Translations under genes and position numbers: made by a program
Notes under the pieces: generated by a model
The model's input: the letters and a program-made list of their open reading frames with translations, nothing else
What the model was told of the DNA's origin: nothing
The model's database searches: none
Assembly (NCBI RefSeq): GCF_006345805.1
Contig: NC_043003.1
Location: 12,028,001-12,092,000, forward strand
Direction of reading: 5' to 3'
From: Octopus sinensis
Lineage: Eukaryota
DNA length: 64,000 nucleotides
Part shown: one piece after another, positions 36,401 through 49,408 of the stretch
Position numbering within the stretch: the first letter of the stretch is position 1
Layout: every line of letters starts with the position of its first letter

Positions 36401-36596
36401 AAAACAAAGTCCCTTCAAGGACAGCCATATTATGTTGGCATTTAAATTTAACTTCAAAGAACTGTTACTGTATGTCTCTCATTCAGATAGTTAGAAATAA
36501 TACTATTTCTATTTATAGATGAGTGGCTGTGTGTCACTTTGAAATCTATATATTCGAACCGTGAATTCAGCAACACCGCCTAGCCAAGCAGCTACG

Positions 36597-36637
36597 CTGT
36601 GTTGATGAAGAGCAGTAAGCCTGAAACTAGTCCACAG
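36597..36637 (+). ncRNA. Candidate minimal type I hammerhead ribozyme (PLE-type, C3U)
   Basis: CTGTG-TTGATGA-AGAGCAGTAAGCCT-GAAA-CTAG-TC-CACAG: helix I CTGTG/CACAG, palindromic helix III ACTAGT, GUC site. Confidence 0.55.
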
Positions 36638-36886
36638 ATGTTGTTTTGTGCTGGGCAGGGATGCTGAATTCCCGGTACTAAAATATAAGGACACAGATAA
36701 TGTGTCGTATAGCCAGCTAGAAACGGTGTTTCTTGCGTCTAATAACCAGTAACAACGCCCCTTCCAGGACAGCCATATTATGTTCGCAATTAAATTTTAC
36801 TATATATATATATATATATATATCTATATATATATATATATTTATTTATTTATTTATTTATTTATATACTTGTATATATATATTTG

Positions 36887-36934
<48 letters not shown>

Positions 36935-37510
36935 TGTATGTATGTATGTATGTATGTATTATGTATGTATCGATTCAGATAAATAAAATAGCTGTCTATA
37001 AAATTATAGTGTGCAAGAAAATGATCATCGGAAAGTGGAAGAAAATTATTATATTGAATAAACGATGATGTGTATTTTATACATGTAAAAGTCGAGAAAA
37101 TGAAAAAAAATTAACAAGAATGATTTGATACGGAAAACGGAAGACGGAGTGTCACTAGAAGCATTTATTAGCACAACAATCATTTCGCCTTCATACACCT
37201 GATGCAACGCAGAATACAAAAGAGCCTTGTCGAGTGACGTAAGATGCTTCACAAGTTCCCACATTTACACTTTATTTCATTTCGTATCAAGTTGATCGGG
37301 GTATTCTAGAAGTTCGGACACATTTGGTAAAGTGAAGAATATGTGATCAGGAAGAAAATTAAAGAATAAAAACACAAATCATTTAAAATGAATAGGGTGG
37401 GGTGTTTACATTTAGGGTCAAGAAGTCGTTGCTAAAAATTAAAAATAAAAATAACAAAGAATCTAGTGTAAATGGAGGGATGTTTATGGCATTAAACTGA
37501 ACAGCTTTAA

Positions 37511-37715
37511 GTATGTATGTATGTATGTATGTATGTATGTATGTATGTATGTATGTATGTATGTATGTATGTATGTATGTATGTATGCTTGCATGCATGC
37601 ATGTATGTATGCATGTATTCATGTATGTATGCATGCAAGTATGTATGTATGTATGTATGTATGTATGTATGTATGCATGTATGTATATATGTATTTATGT
37701 GTGTATGTATGTATG
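37511..37715. repeat. (TATG)n
   Basis: Visible simple repeat; another block at 36905-36965. Confidence 0.95.
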
Positions 37716-37944
37716 TACGAATTAGTTAAAAATCCAGAAAGTGAAAGAAAATGTTAATACAGGATGTGTAATACATATCTGTATTTTTTTTATCGTCATT
37801 AAAATCCCTAAAGTGAAAGCGAAAAATGGCTAAATAGGAAAGCAATTCCTAATGCGTTTGTTAAATAACACAAATGCATTATGTTTGGCACATACAGTGT
37901 CTCCAAACGTTCATAAGCTCTCGGCCATTCGAGCAATACTGTCG

Positions 37945-38817
37945 GTGGAAGCTCCACCATGGAATTCAATAAGGGATTAGTGGAGGGCAAGAGCAATGAC
38001 GTTCTGGGAGAATCTCTGGACGTTGTGGATGACCAGTTGGCAGGTCATTTCCGGAGAACGTTCGGGTTGGGTCCATGGATAATTTACAGAAATCCCTGGC
38101 CTGGCAGTGCTACAGGCACGGAAGGGCGGTCAGCCGGTCCTGTCGGAGATGCGCGCAGAGCGATGAAACCGCCCTGCACGCACTCGTACAATGTCCGTAC
38201 ATTGCTAACTTGTGGAACTTTGTCGAGCAGCTGTTGTCGAGTTGGGGCGGATCCGACTATCGTCGGAGTCCATCGTCAGGATCGCCCCACCACCTTCCTT
38301 TACTCGGGAAGGTCAGGCTGTTTTTTCTGTCTGGTGGCAATGGCGAAAGAGGTTTTTTTTTTATGGTGGACGCGTCTGAAAGGGTTGAAGACAAGTACTT
38401 TCTTCTTTGGCCAAGGACTCAACTTTTTCAGGTTCCACCTGAAAAGGAAGGAGAGGGTAGAGAGGGAGGTTCTGTCGCCCAGTAAGTTTGTTGAAAGATG
38501 GGTGAATGTGGCGAGGATGGCCCGTGTGAATGGGCCTACACTAAGTATGTGCTTGTAGGCTGAGAAGGGTGAAGAGAAGAGAGGTTTTTGTCTGGGGCGC
38601 CCTGAGTGTCCATAGATGTCCATGGTGTGTGGGGGTTTCCTTGGATGCTCTTGCTTGAATTTTCCCCTATTGGGGAACTTAATTGTTCGAATTCTATTGT
38701 TAATTGTTTTTGTCTATTTACTATTTACACGCATCGTCTAAACCCCACCGTCCCTTGTTTGTTTTGTGTGATGTCCTTTCGTCTTTTGTGTCGGCCCTTG
38801 TGGCCAATGAAGAAAGT
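37945..38817 (+). mobile_element. L1/Tx1-like LINE 3' end (zf-RVT C-terminus plus 3' UTR)
   Basis: LAWQCYRH..SRSCRRCAQSDETALHALVQCPYIANLWNFVEQLL (CxxC..ET..H.L..C); T-rich 3' UTR ending at (ATT)n. Confidence 0.85.
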
Positions 38818-38818
38818 A

Positions 38819-38892
<74 letters not shown>

Positions 38893-38982
38893 TTATTATT
38901 ATTATTATTATTTCACCCTGTATACATACACGCATACACTTACACACATGTATATATCATATATATATAATATATATATATA

Positions 38983-39378
38983 CTAGCAGTATCGCCCGGC
39001 GTTGCTCGGTTTTGTAAGGGAAATAACTATATAAGCATTTTTAGTGAGTTATAGCCAAAAAATAGCAAAAAACTGCATTAAAAATGGAATAAAAAATGAT
39101 GGTAATTTTTTTTTAAATAGTTGACTCATCGTAGACATTTTTAGAGAGTTACTTCCCTTATATAATAGCGAAAAATGCATTAAAATGGAAAAAATGATGG
39201 TAAATTTTTTTTTAAATCGTAGACTCATCGTAGACGTGCGCTAATACCCAGAAGGGCTCGATATGAATCACGACTATAAGATACCCGCTTTTGGTTAAAC
39301 TGCACCGCAAAATGTGGGAGTAGTTAGGAATCTAAATCGTAGGAGACAGACACACAACTTCACTTTTATATATAAAGA
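38983..39378 (-). mobile_element. Helitron H1, tandem unit A
   Basis: Terminal hairpin and CTAG at 38983-38986; 5' TC at 39378-39377. Confidence 0.92.
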
Positions 39379-39775
39379 CTAGCAGTATCGCCCGGCGTTG
39401 CTCGGGTTTGTAAGGGAAATAACAATATAAGCATTTTTAGTGAGTTATAGCAAAAAAATAGCAAAAAATGCATTAAAAATGGAATAAAAAATGATGGTAA
39501 TTTTTTTTTAATCGTTGACTCATCGTAAACATTTTTAGAGAGTTACTTCCCTTATATAATAGCGAAAAATGCATTAAAATGGAATAAAAAATGATGGTAA
39601 TTTTTTTTTTTAATCGTAGACTCATCGTAGACGCGCGCTAATACCCAGAAGGGCTCGATATGAATCACGACTATAAGATACCCGGTTTTGGTTACACTGC
39701 ACCGCAAAATGTGGGAGTAGTTAGGAATCTAAATCGTAGGAGACAGACACACAACCTTACTTTTATATATAAAGA
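39379..39775 (-). mobile_element. Helitron H1, tandem unit B
   Basis: CTAG at 39379-39382 abuts the TC of unit A. Confidence 0.92.
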
Positions 39776-40288
39776 TTGTGCAACAACTAAAACATTCGGT
39801 TGTGCAAATTGTTTGCACAGGAAACCTGCCCTGTGTGGCGGTTTTTGGCTTTTTGTGGATCTGTTTCAGCTTTTTTAGCGATTCTGTTTTGGCGACTTCA
39901 AGCCATGAAGTCGTTGTTCTAAAAGAACGCTGGTCTCCTTGACAACACATTACGACGTTGATTTCCTTACACTCCCTTCCCCACAGCTTCACGAGGGAGG
40001 GAAGAAGGGGGAGAAGCAACACAGGTGCAGGTGTGAGCGTGGACGCCAACTCCGCCGCCATCGACACACGAAAAAATATGCATTAAAATGGAATAAAAAA
40101 TGATGTTAAATTATTTTTTAAATCGTAGACTCATCGTAGACGCGCGCTAATACCCAGATGGGCTCGATATGAATCACGACTATAAGATACCCGAATTTGG
40201 TTAAACTGCACCGCAAAGTGTGGGAGTAGTTAGGAATCTAAATCGAAGGGGACAGACACTCACACAACTACAGTTTTATATATATAGA
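39776..40288 (-). mobile_element. Helitron H1-related unit C: 5' end plus a unique segment of about 290 bp, no 3' terminus of its own
   Basis: 5' TC at 40288; homologous to H1 down to about 40070, then GC-richer unique sequence. Confidence 0.8.
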
Positions 40289-40306
40289 TATCATATATCA
40301 CATCTC

Positions 40307-40344
<38 letters not shown>

Positions 40345-40750
40345 ATGTGTGTGTGTGTATACACACCACCTACGCACGCACACTCACACACACACAGTGG
40401 CAAAACTCAACTTATGCGTTTCGAGTTACATCTTTTTTGACTCTACGTCGTTTTTTTTTTCTAAGAAATTAACGAGAAGATAAATCCCAAATTCAGTCGA
40501 TTTATCCGAATTTGCGTCGTTCTCAGGAAAACATAAATATTAAAAAAAAATAAAATTAAAAAAAAACAAAACAAAACAAAACTGAAGTGGGAAAGCAGAC
40601 ATGTGAAAATATGTACAAAGCATTTATTGAAACAGATATAAGCTAAAAGAGATCTCAAATTGTTTGGGGCTTTTTTTTCATATTACGTTGTTTTACGAGT
40701 AAAGTTGGTATGTCTTGGAACTAATTACCAACTTGAACTGAGGAATGCTT

Positions 40751-40754
<4 letters not shown>

Positions 40755-40793
<39 letters not shown>

Positions 40794-40935
40794 GAGAGAG
40801 AGAGAGGCAGACAGAGATAGATAGAGAGATAGATACATACATACATACATAGATAGATACATAGATATATATATATATATAGGTAGATAGATAGATAGAT
40901 AGATAGATAGGTAGATAGATAGATAGATACATACA

Positions 40936-40969
<34 letters not shown>

Positions 40970-40996
40970 CATACATACACAGACAGACAGACAGAC

Positions 40997-41092
<96 letters not shown>
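40755..41092. repeat. Compound TA/GA/(GATA)n/(TACA)n microsatellite
   Basis: Visible simple repeats. Confidence 0.95.
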
Positions 41093-41093
<1 letters not shown>

Positions 41094-41794
41094 TTAGGAG
41101 GCACGAAGAGTTTTCTTGGGGTTTCTGAATGCAAACATGTACATATGTTGAGAGTCTCGTTTTAAATGAGACTTTTATAGTATTATATAGCATTTCGTTT
41201 TACTCTTAATTGTTCGAGAAATACATATGTATACAAAAACACATGTCATAGATAGGGCAGATGTTAGGGCTAGTGTAATTACACGACGAGTTTTACATAC
41301 TCATATTGAAAAGTTTTCATGTGTTTGCCTTACCTATGAAAGCAGCGAAGTTTTTTTGTACAACTGTAGCTCAATATAATGCAATTTCTATTAAAGATCT
41401 TAGTAATATTTATTTATAAGATTTTGGAAGATCATGACAAGATTGGAGCGAAAATTTAAAGTACATGGGGGATTATATCATGTAATATTTTGTTTCCTAT
41501 TTTTGCCTTTTCTTTCTCACTATTGTTACTAATTTTTCAAATTAGATATGTTCTGTGTATAATACGTTGTTTCTTTGAATCTACGTTATTTAATGTATCA
41601 CTATAATATCGAGAAACACAGTTAAAGGATTTCTTGTTAAAGAATAAGCTAGATATGCGCTTTACTAATATTATTAACTAAGTTTCTAAAGATTATTGGG
41701 ATTTCTTTGGAATTAATTATTTAGAAACACATCTAAAAAGATTAAATATACTTAGGTTTTGTATCTTCTATGAAGTTTAAATCCAACTTTGTGC

Positions 41795-42205
41795 AGGCGT
41801 GGCGATAGGCACTGATGTGGTTGTGCGGTAAGAAGTTTACTTCCCAACCACACGCTTCCGGGTTCAATCTCACTGTCTGGCACCTAGGGCAAATATCTTC
41901 CGCTATAGCCTCCGGGCGAACAAAGCCCTCTGAGCGGATTTAATAAACGGAAACTGAAAGAAGGCATTCGTATACATATGTGGGGATGGGGGTATTGTGT
42001 GTGTTTGTGTCTGTGATTGTCCCCACCACCGCTTGACAACCGCTGTTGGTGTGTTTACGTCCTTGTAACTTGGAGGTTTGACAAAAGAGACCGATTGAAA
42101 TATGTACCAGGCTTTACAAAAAATAAGTACTGGGATCGATTCGTTCGACTAAAAATTCTTCAAAGCGGTATTCCAGCATGGCCGTAGTCTAATGATTGAA
42201 AGAAA
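41795..42205 (+). mobile_element. Full SINE-B
   Basis: Head, CORE-like domain and tail all recognisable. Confidence 0.85.
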
Positions 42206-43277
42206 TTATGAATAAACCACATGTTCTGATATGAACACGTGATATACATTATAACTTTTACTTTTGTGGGGAGATTAATCAAGTTTTTATGATTTTATGT
42301 ATTTCGAAGTATTTTTGCTTATATTTTGTCAAGCTACTTCTCTAGTTCAATCGTATGAATAATCAGAATAACAACTCAAAAAATTCCAACTTTAAATAAA
42401 ATACACAAATATTACTCACTCGTATGCACATGTCTACCCCATTTACAGATATGCTAACCGAAATAGCGGGTGTTATTTGGAGTAAAAGCTCCGGATTTAC
42501 GTTCTACAGAATCAACAATTCCAAAGTGGTGAAACTTGATCTGCCCGAAACGTTTTGTATCCCAAAGAAACTGTAAATTATCCAAAATGAGTTTCGGTGT
42601 CACGCCATGGAACTGAACTTGAAACTACGTATTTGCAAAGCGAACTTCTTAAACACACACAGCCGTGCTTGTATCTGCGAGTGTGTGTGTGTGTAAACCA
42701 GTTGGTTTCTTTTTATTTCTGCGTGATATCAATATTCTCATCACAAATATACCAACATGTTTTTTTTTTTACCCAAACATCCCCAGTGCATATGAAAATG
42801 TGAAGATGAATTAGGAATCAAAGTCAGCATTTTATTGACTAACTAATTCACTGCCTTATTGATATTCTTTAGCATTTCCTTTAATCTTTATTATATTATC
42901 TCGTAACCCTCGTTTTTTTCGCTCCTCAGTATCAAATCCCATGTCAGTAAGACATAATATCAATGAAGTCGAAGTCATCTTTTATAGTTGCGCACCATTA
43001 ACGATAAATTCATAACGTGTTTGTATATATAATCTGACATACATACAAGTTAAGTTGATAAGATATTCGTTGTCAATACTGTTCTATTAGACCTAATAAA
43101 GTTATGCGATATAATTTAAAGAGATAAACCAACAAACATATGTCATTTTTTTATAATAATTTAATTGAACTTGCTTATTTTATTGTCTATAGCAATTCAT
43201 TAAACTGTTATTATACAGAACAAAACAGTCTCGAATTCACAGCCATATCTTCAACAGGGAAATACGTATCTTTTTTT

Positions 43278-43459
43278 TTTTACTTGTTTTTTTTGCTGGA
43301 GCACCGCCTTTAATCGAGCAACTCGACCCCAGGACTTATTCTTTGTAAGCCCAGTACTTATTCTATCGGTCTCTTGTGCCGAACCGCTAAGTGACGGGGA
43401 CATAAACACACCAGCATCGGTTGTCAAGCAATGCTAGGGGGACAAACACAGACACACAA

Positions 43460-43507
<48 letters not shown>

Positions 43508-43707
43508 TATATATATATAAGCATGTATATATATACATATATACGACGGGCTTCTTTCAGTTTCCGTCTACCAAATCCACTCACAAGGCTTTGGTCGGCC
43601 CGAGTCTGTAGTAGAAGACACTTGCCCAAGGTGCTACGCAGTGGGACTCAACCCGGAACCATGTGGTTGGTAAACAAGCTACTTACCACACAGCCACTCC
43701 TGCGCCT
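43278..43707 (-). mobile_element. Full, young SINE-B
   Basis: Nearly identical to the reverse complement of 34425-34886. Confidence 0.92.
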
Positions 43708-44093
43708 GTACATTTGTCCTCGTTAAGTAGACAGACACTGAAAGAAAGTCGTCGTGTGTGTGTGTGTGTGCGCGCGCGCAGACGTGTAGGAGAAAAAGAT
43801 CCCATCACCGTCAAATGATGTCTCGACAATTTTCGTCAAGAGATACAAGATAAGACTCCTATACTTGATTACATCTTCTTCCAACAATTCCCCATTTGAA
43901 TGTTCCATCATACCATTGAATGTTCCATCATACCATTGGATTAAAAATTGCTTAATAGATCCTATCAGGCGGAGCTATTTATTTAGACGTAGCGGAGACC
44001 AATTTTTGGCCAAAACATCTAAATTTATCTACTCTTAAGTTTATATACATGTGTGTGTGCGAGAGAGTATATATTTATATGTACATACATGCA

Positions 44094-44145
<52 letters not shown>

Positions 44146-44147
<2 letters not shown>

Positions 44148-44385
44148 AGGCGCGTGGCTTAGTGGTTAGGGTGTCAGCATCATGATCGTAAGATTGTGGT
44201 TTCGATTCCTGGAGACGCGTTGCGTTCTTGAGCAAAACACTTCATTTCACGTTGCTCCAGTCCACTCAGCTGGCAAAAATGAGTAACGTTGCGATGGACT
44301 GGCGTCCATCCAGCTGGGGAACACATATGCCATAGAAACCGGGAAACGGGGCCATGAGCCTGGCTAGGCTTTAAAAGGCGCATTT
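44146..44385 (+). mobile_element. SINE family C, young
   Basis: A box TGGCTTAGTGG, B box GGTTTCGATTCC, central GTTCTTGAGCAAAACACTTCATTTCAC. Confidence 0.9.
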
Positions 44386-44394
44386 ATACATACA

Positions 44395-44453
<59 letters not shown>

Positions 44454-45254
44454 TACATATCAGGAACGTGCCGCCAAGTGCCTACGTTGAATAAGATAGA
44501 TCATGGTAACATTTTCCTTTTATGGCAAAATATGCACCTAATTCAATAAAATTATGAAGGTTACTCTGATTACTCTGCATAGGCATAATTCGCTCCTACC
44601 TTTCAATCTCAGTGTTTAAGCTACGCATAGCAATGCTGTAGTACACGTGCTGCGTACACTCATACAACACCGTTTTCTTTACGTGCTATAAAGGCAGAAG
44701 CAAATCTGTCTTCAACTCAGTCGTGCGCCTGTGTTTCGCTTATGTTTTTATGTGTTTTTCTACATAAACGTCACCAACTGCCTACTCTGAGCAATTACTG
44801 ACTCGCCCCCAGTATTTATTTATCATTATTTTTTTAAGCCTGGTAATTATTCTATGTGTTTCCTTTCCCGAACTGCTAAGTTACAGGTACGTAACCACAT
44901 CACACTGGTTGTCAAGCAGTAGAAGACAAAAAGAGAACACACACACATATTGTGTGTGTGTGTGTGGATTCCTAATAAAACGTTTTATTTTGTATATTTT
45001 CATTTGTCTCGCTAATTTTTGCATTCTGGTGTTTTTGCTGCGATTTTTTTTTTTGAGAACATTCTTCGTGGTAAGGCGATTTGACGTCTATCTTTCGCAT
45101 ATTTGGAATCCACTTTAGTGGTCATTCATCTACTTAATTGTAATATATTTTTTAAATCTTAGGAATTTTTAAATATGCTAGACCACTGGTTGAAATTGAT
45201 GTTAATTGACTGATATCAATTTCTACCCTCATTATTTATTAATATATATATATA

Positions 45255-45830
<576 letters not shown>

Positions 45831-45899
45831 TTTATTATATATATATATATATATATATAGGTACGTTTATTATATATATATATAGGTACGTTTATATTA

Positions 45900-45971
<72 letters not shown>

Positions 45972-46024
45972 TAACGTACCTAAATATATCTACGCCTACG
46001 TTTTATATATACATACACACGTAC

Positions 46025-46225
46025 ATGAGTGAGTGAACGAACGGAAGCATGTAGTTACAGTCAACACAGTTGGTGGGAATTACATGTATTTTTATAACGG
46101 TTTGACTCTGCTCTCCATGACTAATAGTTTGACAAGTGAGCCTCGCAACGCCTGATGAGTTTGCACGTTTTGTGCGCCCACGAAACTTTATGTCCATGTG
46201 AAGCTGAGTCAAATACTTATCAAAT
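46025..46225 (+). mobile_element. Small repeat family P with hammerhead core boxes
   Basis: Near-identical copy at 48110-48320; CTGATGA (46152) and GAAAC (46182). Confidence 0.75.
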
Positions 46226-46254
46226 TTGTGTGTGTGTGTGTCTGTGCGTGTGAA

Positions 46255-46400
46255 AGCGCGTGACCAAGAGGTTGGGCGTGGTGCACTCACAATCTTGAGA
46301 TCGTGCTTTATACTCCCACACCGAGCGGTGCGTTGTGTTCTTGAGCAAAGCACATCATTTCGCGTTGCTCCAGTCTATTTAGCTGTAAATATGCCACCAG
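46255..46400 (+). mobile_element. Diverged SINE-C-like copy
   Basis: GCGTTGTGTTCTTGAGCAAAGCACATCATTTC..GTTGCTCCAGTC. Confidence 0.7.
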
Positions 46401-46496
46401 TGATGTGACATCATTCGAAAGCTAAAACGATACACAGCATATTTGCGACCAGCAATGTGTAACAACATCCAATAGTCCTGTCGACTTAGGTTGTTA

Positions 46497-46650
46497 ACCG
46501 TGAACTATAAAAAATTTCTTTTCCGCTATCGAACTGCGATATGGGAAAAGCCTACCACCTTTCCACACCAATAAATTATTCTAGTTCCTGGACGTTGTTT
46601 TTTATAACTACCACGGACTGCTCGAAGCTTACAAATTTACCACACTTAGA
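46497..46650 (+). repeat. Unclassified dispersed repeat (second copy 59860-60010)
   Basis: Shared GAACTATAAAA..TATCGAACTGCGATATGGGAAAA..CCAATAAA..ACGGACTGC. Confidence 0.75.
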
Positions 46651-46749
46651 ACCTTTACACACACATATATACTTACGTATATACATACAAATTTGTTTAT
46701 AGTTCATGGTTAACAACCTGAATTGGCAAGACTATTGCATGTTGTTACA

Positions 46750-46917
46750 CAGGAGTGGTTGTGTGGTAAGTAGCTTGCTTACCAACCACATGGTTCCGGG
46801 TTCAGTCCCACTATGTGGCACCTTGGGCAAGTATCTTCTACTATAACCTCGGGCCAACCAAAGTCTTGTGAGTGAACTTCGTAGACGGAAAATGGAAGAA
46901 GCCTATACATATATATG

Positions 46918-46951
<34 letters not shown>

Positions 46952-47200
46952 TGTATGTATATAAGTATATATATATACACACACACACACACACATGTTT
47001 GTGTGTCCGCTTAAATCCCCACCACCACCACCGTCGCTTGACAACCGATGTTGTACTTACGTCCCCGTAACTTATCGGTTCGGCAAAAGAAAACGATAGA
47101 ATAAGTACTAGGCTTACAACGAATAAGTCCTGAAGGCGATTTGTTCGACTTAAAGGTGGTGTTGCAGCCAAATAATTGAAACAAATAAAAGAGTAAAGGA
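46750..47200 (+). mobile_element. Full SINE-B
   Basis: All modules; internal (TATG)n and (ACC)4. Confidence 0.9.
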
Positions 47201-47216
47201 GTATACATACACAACA

Positions 47217-47271
<55 letters not shown>

Positions 47272-47699
47272 AAACAAACAAACAAACATATGCGCACACT
47301 CACTAAACACCTATGCACTCAAACAAAGACGGATTGTAAAAGCCAGAGCCACGTCGATGTACGGTCAGCACCAATGGCTCCTACCCTGTTCTTCCCAGCA
47401 CTTCCTTGAGTCCCTTGTGAACTCACAAGAGCAGAGAAAAGTTTCAGACGCAAGAAAGGTGTTGTGTGTTTAAAGGGGTCGAGACTTTTCGTAGAAATAC
47501 ATTATTTAAACTCGAGACAATTCTTATACTTTGAACACATTCTCAACCAAATCTTTGTCGAGATAAAATATGAGTCAGGTATGATGTTTATCAATAAACA
47601 GAAACAATGACCGATGATGCACAAAGGTACAATAGAATGCCATTACGCAAGTTTTCTGCCTCTTTTGAAATTTCCGTAAGATTTAACATTATCTTCTCT

Positions 47700-47940
47700 C
47701 TTTCATCTTTTAATTGTTTCAATTCTTAGATTGCGGCCATGCTGGAGCACCGCCTTGAGGAATTTTTTTTAATGAATCAACCCCGGTATTTATTTATTTA
47801 TTTATTTATTTATTAAGCGTGGCAGTTATTCCATGTGTTTCCTTTGCTGTACTGCTAAGTTATGGGGACGTAACCACACCAACACCGGTTATCAAACAGT
47901 AGTGGACAAATACAGACAAAAACAAACAAGAAACACAATA
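47700..47940 (-). mobile_element. SINE-B 3' half
   Basis: GCGGCCATGCTGGAGCACCGCC..CTAAGTTATGGGGACGTAA. Confidence 0.85.
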
Positions 47941-48109
47941 TTTATCTCTCATTCTCTCTCTCTCCCTCTTTTCCTATGTATATGTGTGTGTGTGTGCGTG
48001 TGCGTGTGTGTGTATGTATGTATATGTATATTATATATATATGTATATATACATACATACATACATACATACATACATACATACATACATACATACATAC
48101 ATACACACA

Positions 48110-48320
48110 TACATGAGTGAGTGAATGAACTGAAGAATGTAGTTGTACTCAACACAGTTGGTGGGAGTTACATGTATTTTTATAACGGTTTGACTCTGCT
48201 CTCCATGACTAATAGTTTGACAAGTGTGCCTCGCAACGCCTGATGAGTTTGCACGTTCTGTGCGCCCACGAAACTTTATGTCCATGTGAAGCTGAGTCAA
48301 ACACTTATCAAATTTGTTTT
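48110..48320 (+). mobile_element. Repeat family P, second copy
   Basis: Matches 46025-46225. Confidence 0.75.
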
Positions 48321-48324
48321 TGTG

Positions 48325-48415
<91 letters not shown>
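48325..48415. repeat. (TGCG)n
   Basis: Visible simple repeat. Confidence 0.95.
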
Positions 48416-48997
48416 AGGCACGCGCGCGTGTGGTGGCACATAGTTTAGTAGCTAGAGTGTTGCCCTCATAATGGGAAGATTGTGGTTTCGACTCCTGGAC
48501 TGGGCAATGTCTTGCGTTCTTGAACAAAACACTTCATTTCACATTATTTCACTCAGCTGATAAAAATGTGTAATCTTACGACGGATCGGCGTCATGTCAA
48601 GGAAGAAGGCTGGGGTTGTATATATATATATATATAGGAGCTACAAGTGAGTTATTGTGAGTAAAATTACATTAATTCATTAATAGCGAAACAATTGTCC
48701 CAAAATAATCTGTTTTTGTTATTTTATTTGCCCTGTTTGTGTGAGCTAACAATCGTACTGACTTTCATGGGAAACATGTATTTGTGGTTGAAACCTATTG
48801 GATCTATTACTAGTGCTAGAGTGAGCCACATAGTGACCACTCTCTTTTATTTTTGTATAAAATATTATAATATGTTATAAAATATTATAATAATCCAGGT
48901 TTCTCGGGGCACTGGGCCACTTGGTGTTGAATAGGTATACTATTAAATTAGTATCTAATTCTCTCACCCTTATTAATTAATTATATATATATATATA

Positions 48998-49373
48998 CTA
49001 GCAGTATCGCCCGGCGTTGCTCGGGTTTGTAAGGGAAATAACTATATAAGCATTTTTAGAGATGTAAAGTATAATAGCCATCTCAATATGGCTAACCACT
49101 GTAGCTTTTTACGTTCTGAGATTTAATGATACATTTTAGAGAGTTACTTCCCTTATATAATAGCAAAAAAATGCATTAAAAATGGGAAAAAATGATGGTA
49201 AATTTTTTTTTAAATCGTAGACTCATCGTAGATGCGTGCTAATACCCAGAAGGGCTCGATATGAATCACGACTATAAGATACCCGCTTTTGGTTACACTG
49301 CACCGCAAAATGTGGGAGTAGTTAGGAATCTAAATCGTAGGAGACAGACACACAACTTCACTTTTATATATAA

Positions 49374-49376
<3 letters not shown>
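48998..49376 (-). mobile_element. Helitron H1 variant with a different internal segment
   Basis: Both termini intact; about 49060-49130 differs from the other H1 copies. Confidence 0.9.

Positions 49377-49408
<32 letters not shown>

Noticed and set aside
36520-36585. Possible exon after TTTCTATTTATAG
   Set aside because: All frames close within about 22 codons, with no recognisable protein
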